Of a stretch of 64,000 nucleotides of DNA, positions 38,950 to 52,091 are shown one piece after another; position 1 is the first letter of the stretch; each line of letters starts with the position of its first letter. The position numbers and the translations under genes were made by a program. The notes beneath the pieces were generated by a model. The model ran no database searches and was not told the DNA's origin. It saw nothing but the letters and a program-made list of their open reading frames with translations. The DNA is from Camelus ferus (Eukaryota), in the NCBI RefSeq assembly GCF_009834535.1, contig NC_045707.1:51834001-51898000 (forward strand), read 5' to 3'.

Positions 38950-39507
38950 AGATCTTCTTGGTTTTAGCTCAGAGTTGTAGAGGGCTGAAGGATTACCCTC
39001 ATCCATGCAACAGTGATAAACCTGGACAAATGGCACATTAATTACTTTTCTTTAACCCGTGAGATAGCTGAAATTGCAGGGCAATTAATTAATCTAAAAT
39101 TTTAAGAAAGAGAGCCACCTGCAGCAAGAAAGAAAGTGCTCTCATTTGCTTACTTGGATAAGAAGCATAGGTAAACATTTTAAACAAGTTGCTAAAGACC
39201 AAGTAAGGCTAGACTAGTGTGGGGAGGAAGTCCATTGAGGCTGTTGCCATGAAGGAGGGGTTCACAACCTTTTGCAGACTCTCCGTCCTTGAACTCAGAT
39301 CAGGAGATCACAGAAAAAAATTGGGAGAATCCAAAAGAGTTCTTTTGCTGGTACGGTTGAGGAAGTAGAACAGCGATAATTCCTGAAACTTTGACCAGAT
39401 CCCACCTTCTCTGTCTCCCAATCAGAATAAAAGATTTCATCTGTGGAGAGAAAAACACTAGAAACTGCTGCCTTAAGGCTTTGGTGGAGACTCCTTGCAG
39501 CTGATGG
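38950..39507 (+). mobile_element. Ancient L1M 5' region
   Basis: 'cttcttggttttagctcag...cctggacaaat...gagatagctgaaattgcagggcaa' resembles old L1M 5' UTRs; abuts the RT fragment. Confidence 0.45.
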
Positions 39508-40209
39508 AAGGAAAGATACCAATTCTAAATAGTATCTTCAAGAAATAGAAGGGAAATAAACAATTCTCAACTTGCTCTATAAAGCCAGTATTTACTTAAT
39601 ACCAAAACCAGACAGAAGCATTAAAACAAAGGGAAACTACAGATCAACTTACCTTATGAAAATAAATGCAAGAATCCTCACCAAAATATTAACATACTAA
39701 ATTCACCAGCATTTACAAGGATTAATATGTCACCACCAAGAAGAATTCATCCCAAGATTGGAAAATGGGTTCATCGTTAACAATTCAATGTGATTCTCCG
39801 TATTAATAGACTAAGGAAAACTGCAATATGATGAGCTCAAGTAATGAAGAAAAAGCATTTGAAAAAGTTCCACACTCATTCAAAACAGATACTCTTAGCA
39901 ATGAAGAGATTTTAACATAATAAAGAGCATATTTTTTTCCTCAGTTCAGGAAGAAGACAAGACTGTTCACTCTTACCACTGCTGTACAACTTCATACTGG
40001 AAGTTCAAGCCAGTGCAGTGAGGCAAAAAATAGAAAACAAAATTTGTATAGATTGTGAAGGAAAATATTAAAATGAATCTGCACACAGATCATTTTTTCA
40101 ATATAAATAATCCCGAAGTGTTTATTTACAATGGCTAATGCACTTAAATGTGCTTACCTAGGATATGTGGTCAAGATACAAATCAACAACATAGCCATAG
40201 TCCTACACA
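39508..40209 (+). mobile_element. Decayed L1 ORF2 reverse-transcriptase region
   Basis: Remnants of LIPKPD, NYRxxxLM, NARILTKIL, EKAFEKV and 'caacttcatactggaagttcaagccagtgcagtgaggcaa', with many stops and frameshifts. Confidence 0.88.
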
Positions 40210-40812
40210 GAGAGTAGTGGCATGTTTTGATGTCCAGACTGTTCAGTATCTGCTATGGCTCTCTTGTTTTAGAAATTCATTAAGTTCTTCTTGAGTGTTT
40301 ATTTTTCCATAGGAACTTTACTATTAATATTTATTATTCTGGAAAAATAAAAAAAATAGATTGTTGATAATGGTATTGGTTAAATTTTGGTTAAAAAAGC
40401 ATTAATCAGTGAAGCAAGAGACTTGCATTGAGATTTTGTTGATGATTTTGATAGATTCTTATATTTCCTTAAGTAAACTATACTTATGTATTTAAGTTGT
40501 TTCGAGGTTGAGATAGTATGTATTCATATCAGATATGATATATAAATATACATACATATATAATCAGAAAAGGAAATGAACCAGACACATCTTTACATCT
40601 TTATAATGCTTAGTAAACTTATCTATGAACAAAGGATAACTTTCCATTTGTTCAAATATACTCATAAGCCTTTCAGTAGTGTGTTTTTTTTTTCTCTTAC
40701 AGATGTTGCACATTTAAAAAAAAAAAAGATTTCCCTGGCATTGTATATTTTTATTGCTCTTTAAAATGGGGTTTTCTTTTCCATCATATCTTGTAACTAT
40801 TTGTGTATGAAG
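40210..40812 (-). mobile_element. Decayed L1 ORF2 segment, inverted relative to the adjacent RT fragment
   Basis: Reverse complement reads 'ttcatacaca...accccattttaaaagagcaataaaaatatacaatgccaggga...acaaatggaaagttatcctttgttcatagat', the L1 sequence that normally follows the fragment ending near 40209. Confidence 0.65.
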
Positions 40813-41055
40813 GAGGTAGGATTGGGTAGAAGAAGAAGCTGCACTGTGATGCAGCCCTGACAAACCTCATTCTACCTAGTGGGGAGTCCTGCAGGTCTAC
40901 CTGTGGTATGACCCCAGGAGAGACAATTCTCTGCAGCAGAGGCAGATCCTGAGAGTGAGGGGAGCTGGAGCCAGTCTCACAAGTGCACTTCCAGAAGCTG
41001 GGCTACAGATTTGCCTGTGAAAAGGGATTTGAGGACCACAGCTGAGAATCACTAT
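40812..41055 (-). mobile_element. ERVL LTR16A-like fragment
   Basis: 'ggaggtaggattgggtagaagaagaagctgcactgtgatgcag...gcacttccagaagctggg...gaaaagggatttg'. Confidence 0.65.
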
Positions 41056-41806
41056 TTGAAAGTTCACAAGAAAACTTAGAGCGTGAACAAGAGAGAGCTA
41101 GTAATAGAGCCCTGCGGAAACATACAAGCAGAGGAAGGAGAGTGAAGCTGAAGAGTAGAGTGAGAAGGCTAGAAGTTTTGGAGCTGCTTTGAGGTCATTT
41201 TTGTCAGAAATTTAAAGATACATGGCAAGGATTGAAAAATGTTGATTTCTTTGGCAAATGATTTATTTTGCAAGTTTCGACTGTGCATTTTAAAATGAAA
41301 AAGAATGTTAGAGTGAAATATGGATTGGAGTGAAAAAAGTTGTTTTCAAGTAAATTTTCAAGAAAATTGAGTGTATCAGAATATTAGGGAAAAGATCCAG
41401 AGTAAAGGAATACATTAGAGATACAGAAGAAAGGGGAACTAATTGATAATGAGAAATCTTCAAAGAGGCTCAGGCCATATTTGGAATAATTATTTTCTGA
41501 CAATATTTAGGGACATTTTATCCAGGTATAACTAAACAGGAAAAGGAATAGAATGACTGGTATGTATGAAGTAAGTTCATGGTGTTTGTGGAAGTAGCTC
41601 AATGAAATATTTTTTGTGTTAAAAAGTCAATCATTTACTTAAAATGAGGAAGAAATTGAAGGTTAAATTAAAAAAAGAGAAGCCCAACTATGAGTTAGAG
41701 CTGTGAAGACTGAGAAAGCTCAGAAGGGAAATAACAAGATTTCTGGGCAGTACTGAAAGCCCATTTAGAGTTGGAACCACAAATGTATAATAACATCAGT
41801 CTAGAG

Positions 41807-41995
41807 CTGTGTTATCCAGTTCAGTAGCCAGCAGCCATATATATCTATTAAAATTAAAATTAACATTAAATAATTCAGTTTTTAGATGCACTAGTTATAT
41901 ATCTAGGGCTTAACTGCAACTAGTATGTATGCTGTTGGACAGCACGGATACAGAACACTTAACAACACTGCAGAAAATTCTGTTGAGCAGTCTCG
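41807..41995 (-). mobile_element. MER3 (hAT-Charlie MITE)
   Basis: 'ctgtgttatccagttcagtagccagcagcca...ttggacagcacggatacagaacac...gcagaaaattctgttg'; the TAGAG core of a hAT target site on both flanks. Confidence 0.8.
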
Positions 41996-42644
41996 AGTAG
42001 AGGGCTGGGTGATTTGTCTGTAGTGCTCAGCAGCCCAGGAGCAACAGCTGGGCATGCATACTTTTATGACTCCAGACCTGCCATAATGCCTACCTGGGCA
42101 GAGCAGGAGATGGATGCTAAAACACAGCAAAAGTTGTGTCTTGTAAAACCTGGTCTGCATTTAAAAAGACAAGAAGAATTGGAAAGCTTTGATACATTAG
42201 CGACATTTAGAGATATCAAAGACTGGCATTTGATGAGGCTGAGTAACAATGAAAAGCTAAAAAGACTGTGCTCAGAGTGAAGAAACTAAGATTTTATATG
42301 TGGAATCATTCTGGTGAGGATGAAGCTCAGGGTATGCTGAAAGTGCAATGGACCTGTAGGTTCATGGGGTTCAGAGAGTCAAGGAAACATGGTACAGGAC
42401 AGAAACTACTTTGGATGCTGAGGTCACGTAAGATGATAGGTCTGCAATATGTAGGAAAACAATTTGATAAATGACAGAAATGAAGAGAAAGAGTGATATA
42501 GTCAACTGACAAATGACCCTTAAAGCTGTAGGGCTGGAGACATATGTGGGTTTGGAAACTAAGTTTAGATTAGGTTTATGAACCAACCACACTGGTTATG
42601 TTTTAGTCTATCTTGTCATTATTATTATTTTTCCTACATATGAA

Positions 42645-42850
42645 TGAGAATGTAGCAAAGTAAACTGGAGACTCATGAGCTGTGGTGCTAGATAAACCAG
42701 GTTTCAAATCCTAGCTGTATATCATTTACTTGACATTTAATTTGTGGTATTATATAACTTCAGTAAATATAATTTCTTCCTCATTGAAATGCAAACTGTA
42801 ATACTTATCTTCAAGAGCATCATGTGGATTCAACAAAATGATGCATTGGC
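42645..42850 (+). mobile_element. MIR SINE
   Basis: 'ccaggtttcaaatcctagct...ttcctcattgaaatg...taatacttatcttcaagag'. Confidence 0.65.
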
Positions 42851-42953
42851 CCATCTCCTAACTTAGCCCTCTTCACTATGTGCTCCAGTCTCACACCTGG
42901 TTTCAGTTCTTGGAATACACCATATCCATTTGTAACAAAGCCTTTGCAGTTTC

Positions 42954-42993
42954 TATATCAACTAGAGTTCCATCAGAAAAACAGAATTAGTAG

Positions 42994-43029
<36 letters not shown>

Positions 43030-43433
43030 TTTTACTACTAGTGTATAGACACTTATATATATATAAAAAATATATATATATATATATATATTTTTTTTTT
43101 TTTTACTACTAGTGTATAGACACTTCTAAAATCTCCAGGACAGACCATCAGGAAGGGCAGGCTGGAAATTCTTGTACGTGTGATGAAGCTGTAGTTCTCA
43201 GGTGGAATTTCTTCTTTTGAGCAGAAACAACCTCAGTTCTGCTCCAAAGGTCTTTTAACTGTTTGGATCAGTCCACTCAATAATTGAGGAGATTCTCCTT
43301 TACTTAAAAACAACTGATTGTAGATGTGAATCACATCTACCAAATAACTTCACAGCAAGACCTATATTAGTGATTGATTAAATAACTTGTTTGAATAGCC
43401 TACCAGAATTGACATATGAAACTGACCATCACA
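42954..43433 (-). mobile_element. ERVL MLT2D-like solo LTR inserted in an L2
   Basis: 'caggaagggcaggctggaa...ttctcctttacttaaa..caactgattgtagatgtgaatcacatctac...actgaccatcaca'; typical internal microsatellite. Confidence 0.88.
42997..43125. repeat. (TA)n/poly-T tract with an exact 21-bp duplication
   Basis: actactagtgtatagacactt at 43034-43054 and 43105-43125, each preceded by (TA)n and Tn. Confidence 0.95.
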
Positions 43434-43710
43434 ACTCCTTGACGTAATACCTACAGACTACAGACCTAGGTAGATCTTTTCTGACTGCCCTGTATATCTT
43501 GTACGTTTATTACATGTATCAGCAACCATGTTTATTTCCTTTATACCTGTGACTGTTTTGTTTGTTTTATTTATTTTCTGTTTCCCACACTTGCCTTAAG
43601 GGTAGGGATTATGCCTCTCCAATTCATTGCTATATCCCACATGTTTCACACTGAACTTGGCACAGTAAGCACTTAGTAGAAGCTCAATTGGATATTGAAT
43701 AAATTAACAT
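43434..43710 (+). mobile_element. L2 3' fragment (continues the piece at ~42860-42950)
   Basis: 'ccttaagggtagggattatg...cattgctatatccc...ttggcacagtaagcact...gaataaat'. Confidence 0.65.
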
Positions 43711-46700
43711 GTCTAGAAAAGAAAAAGCATTCAAAAATATAGTTTCCATTTTTCTCCATGAGCCAGACTTCATTCTATAATTAATAAATGAGTTAATGGA
43801 TTACTTTCCTTTTTCTGCTCTGTCTACAAAACTATAAGTTTCTTTACTATTTAGTGATTATGCACACACACATCCATAACACCACCTGCCTTCAACATAT
43901 GTGTATAAAGGCAGTTTACTTGAAAATTTAAACTAGTTTATTTCACATCATGTTACAAAATGTAATGCATTATGTTTTTAAATTTGGATCATTTATAAAT
44001 TGACAATCTATGTGTGTGTTAACATTTTCTAAATGTGCTTAAGTTATGCAGTTTTGTTTGTTTTGGTGCCAAACCCCAGGAAGTTAACGCAGTTTTTAAT
44101 GTACTATGTGCTTTATTCATTTTCCTTTTTTTGCTTGTCTTTCCCCATTAGGCTCTTTACTTTTTCTCTATCAATATTACCATTATGTCCACTTCTGTTC
44201 ACTCCTGGAATGTGTATTTAATATATTTATCCATGCTTATGTAATTAGAATCAAACATATGGGATTATATGATTAAATGATGAGTCTTGTTTTCTCAGTA
44301 AGACCCCTGTAGAATCAATCAACTGCTATAGTTCTAATTTAATCTTCTTAATAGCCACATGAGAATGTACAGACATACCATTATTTTTTGAGTATTTTCC
44401 CTATTTATGGGCATGCATTCTATTTTAATATCTTAGCTGTATGATCAGTTTTTCAACCACATCTGGATACTTTCATTACTTCTGTTTCAATGGAATATAA
44501 CCAGGAGAATGCCTGGGAGTAGCTTTCCAAACAAGCACACATCTACCAACAATAATGTCTAAATTCTTGTCACAAGTAGCTATTATAACTTACTATTTTT
44601 GTAAATCTGATTGCTATAAATTGATCATTTTATTTTAGTTTGAATACTTTCATTTGTTTAGCAATTCTTTCCATATCATGTAATATTTAATTGTCTAATT
44701 ATAAACATAGGGAAGTCAGTGTTTTTCACTGAAAAGATGATTTTAAAACCATATTTCTTTATCTTTAAGAATTATTCAAATTTTTTTGGTTATTGGTGTG
44801 TCTCATCTAAGGAAAGACTATGGTACTTCAATTTGTCACATCGCTTAAAAGCCCACATTTGGCATATGTGCTAGGAAAGCTGGATGATTATATGATTTTT
44901 TTAATCTTTATTTTCTGAAGACATTAAGAAGTAATGTTAATTTATTAAGCAATGTTAAACTTGCATTACTGTTTTATGTTATGTTGTGAAACATACTGTA
45001 TTATGTTTAAAAAGTGAGTCATTTTCAAGTCAACAATGCATTTAAGCAAAACAATAAATATCACATTTTTAATGAAATAGAAATATTTCTAAGGTTGTTA
45101 GAAGCCAAAATATTAAAAAATGATACAAAAGGTAAGTGAAGTTTTCTGCTTATTTTATTTCAACTTCTTTTGGCAGAAGTATCTATGTACTAAAATTGAT
45201 CTTTGTAGTAGTACGAAATGTATATATTTTAGGAATAAGAAGTTACATGAGCACTTGTTTTGTTTCAAAAATGCACATGTGTGCTGAAAAATTTTTAAAC
45301 AAAGGTCTGGGAGTATTTCTCAATTCTGAATATAACAGCCCATCAATTTCTTTAGGAGATATGAGTCCCATAGCTTTGCTTGAGTATTCATTTATTTACT
45401 ACACTTGATGCTTTTCTTTTTTGACTAAATTTTCAGAACCTATTACCAGACCACACAGCAGTGTTGAAAGGTTACGTCCAATAACACATTTTTGTTAAGT
45501 AAGATTATTGTATCTTTTCTTCATTTTAAAATACAACTTTTTTTTTTGCAATTTACATCTTATTTCACTTACAAATTTCATAAATATATCAGCCACTTTT
45601 CTCATATGCACAGTAGCAATAATCAAGTTTCTAATTGTGTTTAGAAAATGGCCCAAGATAGTCACACAATATTCCTGAGCTTCTGTATTTTACCTACCAC
45701 CCATCACAGGGATTATTAATTGGTATGCAAATTCACTGCAGGTTTTCATTGACTGGAATCAGCCAATAGGGCACTGATGATAAAACAGTGATGGTGGAAA
45801 TAGATGTGAGATTTGGGAATAAAAATAAGGGTAATAGAAATAGAAAAATTAATTAGTTTGGGAGATTGGCCCTCTGTGGGCTTGATTTCTCACAACTGTA
45901 ATATGACATGATGACCAAAGCCACACACAAGGGCCACATAAGAATGCTAGAAAGTCTCCTGTTGCTGAAAGCCACCTGTCATGAGTTATCATTTGTGGCA
46001 AAAAATCATTTTCTCATCATTATTCTGGAGTAATGAATGTGGGGTGATTTTGTTTGCTTGAGATATTTGTTAAATGTTACTAGAAGAATTTTAACAAACT
46101 TACTGATGTTAGTTTTTTCCCCCTTAAAATAAAAGACCAGTAGACTACAGATAAAAAAAGGCCACACAAAAGGAAGTGAGGTTAAAAAACAACAACAACA
46201 AAAAAACTCAGTGAAGCCCTTGTAACATTTCACACCAGAAGTCAAAATGTAAAATTAGTGTTTTTATAATACATATTTAATTATAATTTCTATAATTCTA
46301 AAAGTCTATTTTTTTTCTTTTCCTCTTGGGTATCCTCCTAGCAAATACCTATACCACATTTTATGCAGGGAGCCTTTCTTAAATCCTTATAGCAATAGCC
46401 CATATTCCATCCTTTCTTTAAAATTGCTTTTCTTTCTCATTAAATTATTCTTTTTATAAATTTTACTACCTCAATTTTTTACATTCTGAAACTCGTATAT
46501 GAGAAATCAATATTTCTCATTGTGTCCCTGAGAATAAATGAAATAAATATAGTCTTTCATTAGGGAGTTTAAAGTCTATGATAGAAGGAAATATTTTAGA
46601 TAGGTGCGACTTCCAACCATTTTCATATCACGTTTTGCTCTTCTGCCAAGCTTTAAACATAGAAAATTTGAAATATAACCATATACTCATGTATTATTTG

Positions 46701-49348
46701 CCATGCATATTGATAGATTGTTGAAAAATTTCTGTTTATCTGGTTCAGAATGCCTATGCACAATTCTAATGCACAAATTTGTATTGTGTACACTGTTTTC
46801 TGTGAAGGTGAGTAAAGAAAGACATATAATAAAGTATTTTGGGTGCTAAAATGCTACATCAGGCACCTTAATTTGCTGCAAATAAGACTAAATTAGAGTT
46901 TAAAATGAGAACATTGCTACCCTGTTCTTCTGGTACCAATGCAGCATCCTAACAGCATGTAAGCCATCACAAGATTTAGAGCTCAACTCAATCAGTGGCA
47001 ACAAAATTAGAAATAAATAGAGGAGGATCAATACAAAGTGTTGTCTGGAATAATGAAACAGCCCTTGGCTGGAAAAATCTGTTTTATTTTTCTTTTAGCT
47101 GCGTGTTCTGGAAATATCTGACCTAGCTCAGTAGAAACTAAGTCTACTTTGTTTATAAAGAGAAGGAAGAGTCAATAGTAAATACTACATATCATATGTA
47201 AATGAATGTATATACAAATACGTGCATCTTTTTTAAAAGATGAACTGGCAGAACAATAGGACATTTAGGGAGCACGGTTTTCCTCATTCAAATTATATTA
47301 CAGTTAATTCAGATAAATTAGATTTAAATATATGTCACTTTATGTTAACCAGTCTTATTTTTTCTTGAATAAGTTTTTTCAAGTTTAAGAGCTTATGACT
47401 GATATTTTTGCAAAGCTACTTCCGTGAGGAGCTTCTAATAAAATTTAATGTCAAGATATGTGATATATCATGGAAAAGGAAAAGAAAAAGCAATGTTGCT
47501 TATTACATTCCAAGATTTCTAAGATTTTTAAAGTCCTGGATTCAACTTGTGAGCTAAGGAGCTTTGAACTGCCTGTTAAGGAATTACTAGTTCTTCTCTC
47601 ACATGATGGGGACCACGATACAATAGCCATGTGACTTTTCAGAATATTGGCTCTAGTTTCATCCTGATAGGTCAGAATTGGTGCCTAGTGGGAAAAGGCA
47701 GCCATTTCTGTGTCAATAGTAAGGAGTTAGGGTCCAATTCTTACGGTTTCTTCTATGTGATAGAATCATCAAGTGGCAGATGTCAACATACCAGCTTTCT
47801 TTGGGGGAAGAACCAAACCTTCCCTTTGATAACAGAGTTGGGAGTGAAGGTTTAGCATCCAAGCCTTTCAGTTGACCATACTGAGTTATCTTAAGCCATA
47901 AGCCTAAGCCCTTTTCTGTAGTATTTTAAGGAAGAAAACCACCTTTTCTAGGAGGTCACCAGAAAATGATTAGTCCTAAGAAATGGCCTTTATTTTCAAT
48001 GTGTTTTTGTTGGAAAATGAATTATAACTCTTGGATATTAACTAAAATCAGTGCTTATCTGAATTTTTGCCTATAAAATAGGGCTATATAGAGATGAGAC
48101 TATTCTCATAAGCATATCCTTTGAAAGCTTAACATTATAGTATATTTGCCATAACCAAAAACATTTTAAATTCTATTGAGAATAAACAGCCTTTAAGTGG
48201 AGATTTTTTGAAGTCATACAAGGAAAAGCTTTTCAAGTAAAGAAAGAGTAGCATCACTAGCTGATACAAATATCTCTCAGCTTTAAATACCAAATTCCTA
48301 CCTCAAGAGGTTATTTATTTTCTCATAGGAACTGATCTTTTAGAAAAATATTAGTTGTTTTAATTTTGTACTTTTGTTTCAATTCAGACACATCTGAATT
48401 ATAAACTTTTTATGAACTATCCAACAAATATGCTGTTCATTAAAGTATGATATATACAAACACAAATACAGTAGAACAAAAGTCACCCTTATTGCTTCAG
48501 AATACTTGTGTAAAATTCTATCATATTTAAAGGGAATTTTTAGAACCCTTTTCAAAGATTTTTTCTGAAAAATGTAACTTTATATTCTATTTATAAAAGT
48601 GACTAAGATGAAAAATAATTTCTCAATTGTTAATAAAATATACAGGTTATAGTACTTTTTCATTAATTTCTTCATTTATATATAATGTTTTTAAATTAAT
48701 TTCTTGTTGGATTTATATTTTAAAAATATAAAACCTCAGACATCTTCATTTAAATATCATTATAGTCAGAGTGACTACTGGAATGGCAACTATCTTAATG
48801 CTAATTTTTTTAAGTTGGCATTTATTTACAGTATGTGATTAGTTTTAGAGAATTTTCATAGAAAAAACTGTAAAATTTTATTAAGGCTACAGTCTCATAT
48901 ATCAGTAGTTCTAATTTATGCATACCAATTCAAATGATCTTATAATTTAATCTACCAAAGCCAGAAACGTAATAAGTCATTTCAGAAAATAAATACTTTG
49001 CCATTTTAGTAGCTGGAAGTAATATCAACAAGCTTGACTCAATCCTCTCTATAGCCTCTGGTGTCTATAATAAAAGGAGAAAGAATACACCATCTAAATA
49101 TTACCTTAAATGTTTAAATGGTGAAGGAATGTCACCATTGTACCTCAAAGGCAGGGGATACCAGGAGACAGCTGCTTCATTTTCTGTCCCTTTGAGATGA
49201 TGTCTGGGACATCACCTCTTTCTCAGCTGTTCAAAATTAGGTCATTGTTATGAGAATTCTTAAACACCACTTGTAGGAAATTCATCTTGAAGAATAAAAC
49301 ATTACCCAGAGTCTTTTATGAATACTCAAAATATGAAAAATAAATTTT

Positions 49349-49468
49349 GGGGGGTGAGGTAATTAGGTTTATTTAGTTATTTATTTTAATGGAGGTGCTG
49401 AAGATTGAACCCAGGACCTCATGCATCCTAAGCATGCACTCTACCATTGACTGAGCTATACCCTCCCC
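49349..49468 (-). mobile_element. tRNA-derived SINE, camelid vic-1-like, full length with TSD
   Basis: Minus strand GGGGAGGGTATAGCTCAGTCAATGGTAGAGTGCATGCTTAG..GAGGTCCTGGGTTCAATC has Pol III A and B boxes; TSD tgaaaaataaatttt (49334-49348) / tgaaaaataaaatttt (49469-49484). Confidence 0.9.
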
Positions 49469-49734
49469 TGAAAAATAAAATTTTAAAATAAATTTTTTCA
49501 TTACCAGAATATTATACTCTATTTTTACCTCTATATTCTCAGTTAGTTGGGTCCTAAAAGTTAGGAGAGGTTAAGAGGTTAAGCACTAAACAAAATTAAA
49601 GTGAGGGGAAGAGAGTATTTTCTTGCTGGTAACTTTAATTTTTTTTCTTTTTATGCAAAATTTTTTTACAAGAAGGATTAGATAGATGTTTGTACTCTTG
49701 TTGCAGATTTTAGGATGAATTTAGCAGCAGCCAT

Positions 49735-50130
49735 GAGACTCTATTTTTCCCTTTTTAAATACATATCACTTTCTATCATATATTAATTCTGCCTTTTTTT
49801 GAACATAATATAGATAAAATTACGCCGCATGTACTGTGGGTTTTATTTCACATATTAGATTTGTGAGAGTTACTCCTTTTAGTATTTAGCCATAGTTTCA
49901 TCTTTTTCATTTTTAGGTAGTATTTCTTTGTAATTTACCACAATTTATTTACCTGTTCTACAGCTGATGAATATTTGGATTTTTTTCCCTGTATTTTTGC
50001 AATTATAAATCTTCTGTGAATGTTTTGGGCATGTATTTTAGTGGATATATTCACTAATTTTTCTTGATTGTATACCTAAAAATCGCATTACTTAGCTTTA
50101 GAAGACAGTACCAATTTACCAAAGTGTTTG
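49735..50130 (-). mobile_element. Ancient L1ME/MD 3' fragment
   Basis: 'taccacaatttatttacctgttctacagctgatgaatatttggatt...gattgtatacctaa'. Confidence 0.7.
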
Positions 50131-51430
50131 CACTTACTTTATTAAAGTAACTGTCTTTGAGTTCATTAATCCTGTCTTCTGTTGTTTCAGACTGGTAATT
50201 CCACCTAATAAGTTTTTAATTTCAGGTATTGTATTCTTTTGCAATTTGTAATATCCTTTTAATAATTTTTTATAGATTGAAATTCTCCATTGAAAAGTTC
50301 CACCTTTTAAAATTTTGTCTTTTTCAGTCTTTTCTTAAATGTATCAGTATTTCATAGTAATTGTTTGATAACCCTAATATGAATCATCTGAGGATCTATT
50401 GCCATAGTCTGTTTTTTCAATTGTTTTTGGTCATCTGGTAATATATTGATTCAGGCCTCTTAATTTTCAATAATAATCTCAGCTCTTGTGGATAAAAACA
50501 TTTTAGAAGGTCTGAGTGATATAATTTTCATATAATATTAATTTCTCTCTTGCCAGGTAAATAGCATCTCACTTTGACATTATCTTGGTTTGGTTTTAGA
50601 GTTTCATTAGATCATAAGACCACCATTGATATCTGAATTAAAAAGACAAAGTAGAAATTATCACTTACTATATTTCCTTTCTAGGCACATTCTTTCCAAA
50701 TAGAGTTGAGAGCAGCATTTATGGGTTGGTAGGCTTTTAGAAGCATGAGTAGGCTAACATCAAATGAATAAGTGTGATTCCTCAGAAGCAGGCTACTTAT
50801 TAGTTACCAAGCAGATGACTAATTACTGGAATCATCTGTTCTTGATTAGCTGACGCTCATAAGTGAGAGATTGACACTGATTGGTTGGCTTGTGAAGTGT
50901 GTTCACTGAATTGCCAGTGACTGATTAAACAACAGGTTCTGATGACTACTTAAAGCTATGACTACAGAATAATCAGTCTTGCTTAAGTGTGTGGAAGCAT
51001 TTTCATTCTCAATAGTTTGCTGGATTTATTTTATTTTAGTTTTGCTCTTACTTATAGTGTACATTTCTAACTCCTAGGGTGTGAATCACTGCTTAGGCTA
51101 GATCCTTCTCCTTGCAAAGTGACTTTGACCACCCAGAGCTCCAATATCCATCTCCTCAGACCAGTAATACTACTACTTTCAGCTTATATTTTATTTCTAT
51201 GCAAAATGATTTAGAAAAAAAATACCCTCAGAGAAAAACATAAGATGCATTTATAGCTTACATCACATGATTCACCTTTCTCAATAGTTATAGATATTCT
51301 AATCCTCCTACTATTGATTGTTCCTCCAAACTTTTCAAAATATTTTACATATTTTGTCTACATCTATAGCTATTTTCAACAGAAAATTTAGTCCAATACA
51401 AGCTAATCCATCAACTGAAACTAGAAGTCT
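50130..51430 (-). mobile_element. Ancient L1M/HAL1-like 5'-ORF1 region, apparently interrupted by an LTR-like block at ~50610-51013
   Basis: 'ccacctaataagtttttaatttcaggtattgtatt' ORF1-like sequence; terminus 'aaactagaagtc' (minus GACTTCTAGTTT); the GC-richer CCAAT-containing insert is unassigned. Confidence 0.45.
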
Positions 51431-51634
51431 TTGGAAAGAAACTTATTTTCAAAAATTAACTCAAGATGGAGAATGCATTCATGTTATAATCCAGCATGTT
51501 TTCTGTAGAATTAACATAGTTTGACTATGGTACGCAAATCAACATCTACATATGGATGCACCATCTGCGATACGAAGCCTAGAACAACTAAATAAGTGAT
51601 GGTTGAAGAAAGTTCTTGTTCTCAAAGTACTAAT

Positions 51635-52091
51635 TGTCTTTGATTATACTAATGGCACTAATTAAAGAGATCTCCCTGTATTTACATCCTTTCTTCTATA
51701 ATTTTGTAGCATGCTTTCACTCTGACTTTGGGTTCAGCCATGTAACTTGTTTTGCCCAATGAGCCAGTAGCAAATTGGATACAAGAGAGTCATGAAAAAA
51801 ATACTTATTTTCATTCTCTTAAAACTCTGCCACTACCATGAGAACAACCAGGCTAGACTGAAGTAGGATCATGAGCAACATGCAGCAATGCCCCAGTTGA
51901 AGATATGCTGGAGTAGACAACTTCCAGTTAACCTGCCAGCTAGTCTCAAACATACAAGCCTAGACAAGATAAACGGGGTTTCACTCAGATTGGTTGAACA
52001 TTCTGGTTAATACATAGACTCATGAGAAACAAACAGCTGATGTTTTAATCCATTGTGAGTAGATTGTTAGAGAAAGAGCTAACAGGGATAC
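51635..52091 (+). mobile_element. MaLR MLT1H-like LTR
   Basis: 'tgactttgggttcagccatgtaacttgttttgcccaatg...ctgccactaccatgagaacaa...gctaacagggatac'. Confidence 0.75.

Noticed and set aside
41903..42592. Cluster of overlapping ORFs on both strands
   Set aside because: Lies in MER3 and decayed purine-rich, probably L2-derived sequence; no coherent protein
49395..49468. Possible tRNA gene
   Set aside because: The tRNA-like head continues into a SINE tail and is flanked by a TSD, so it is a SINE
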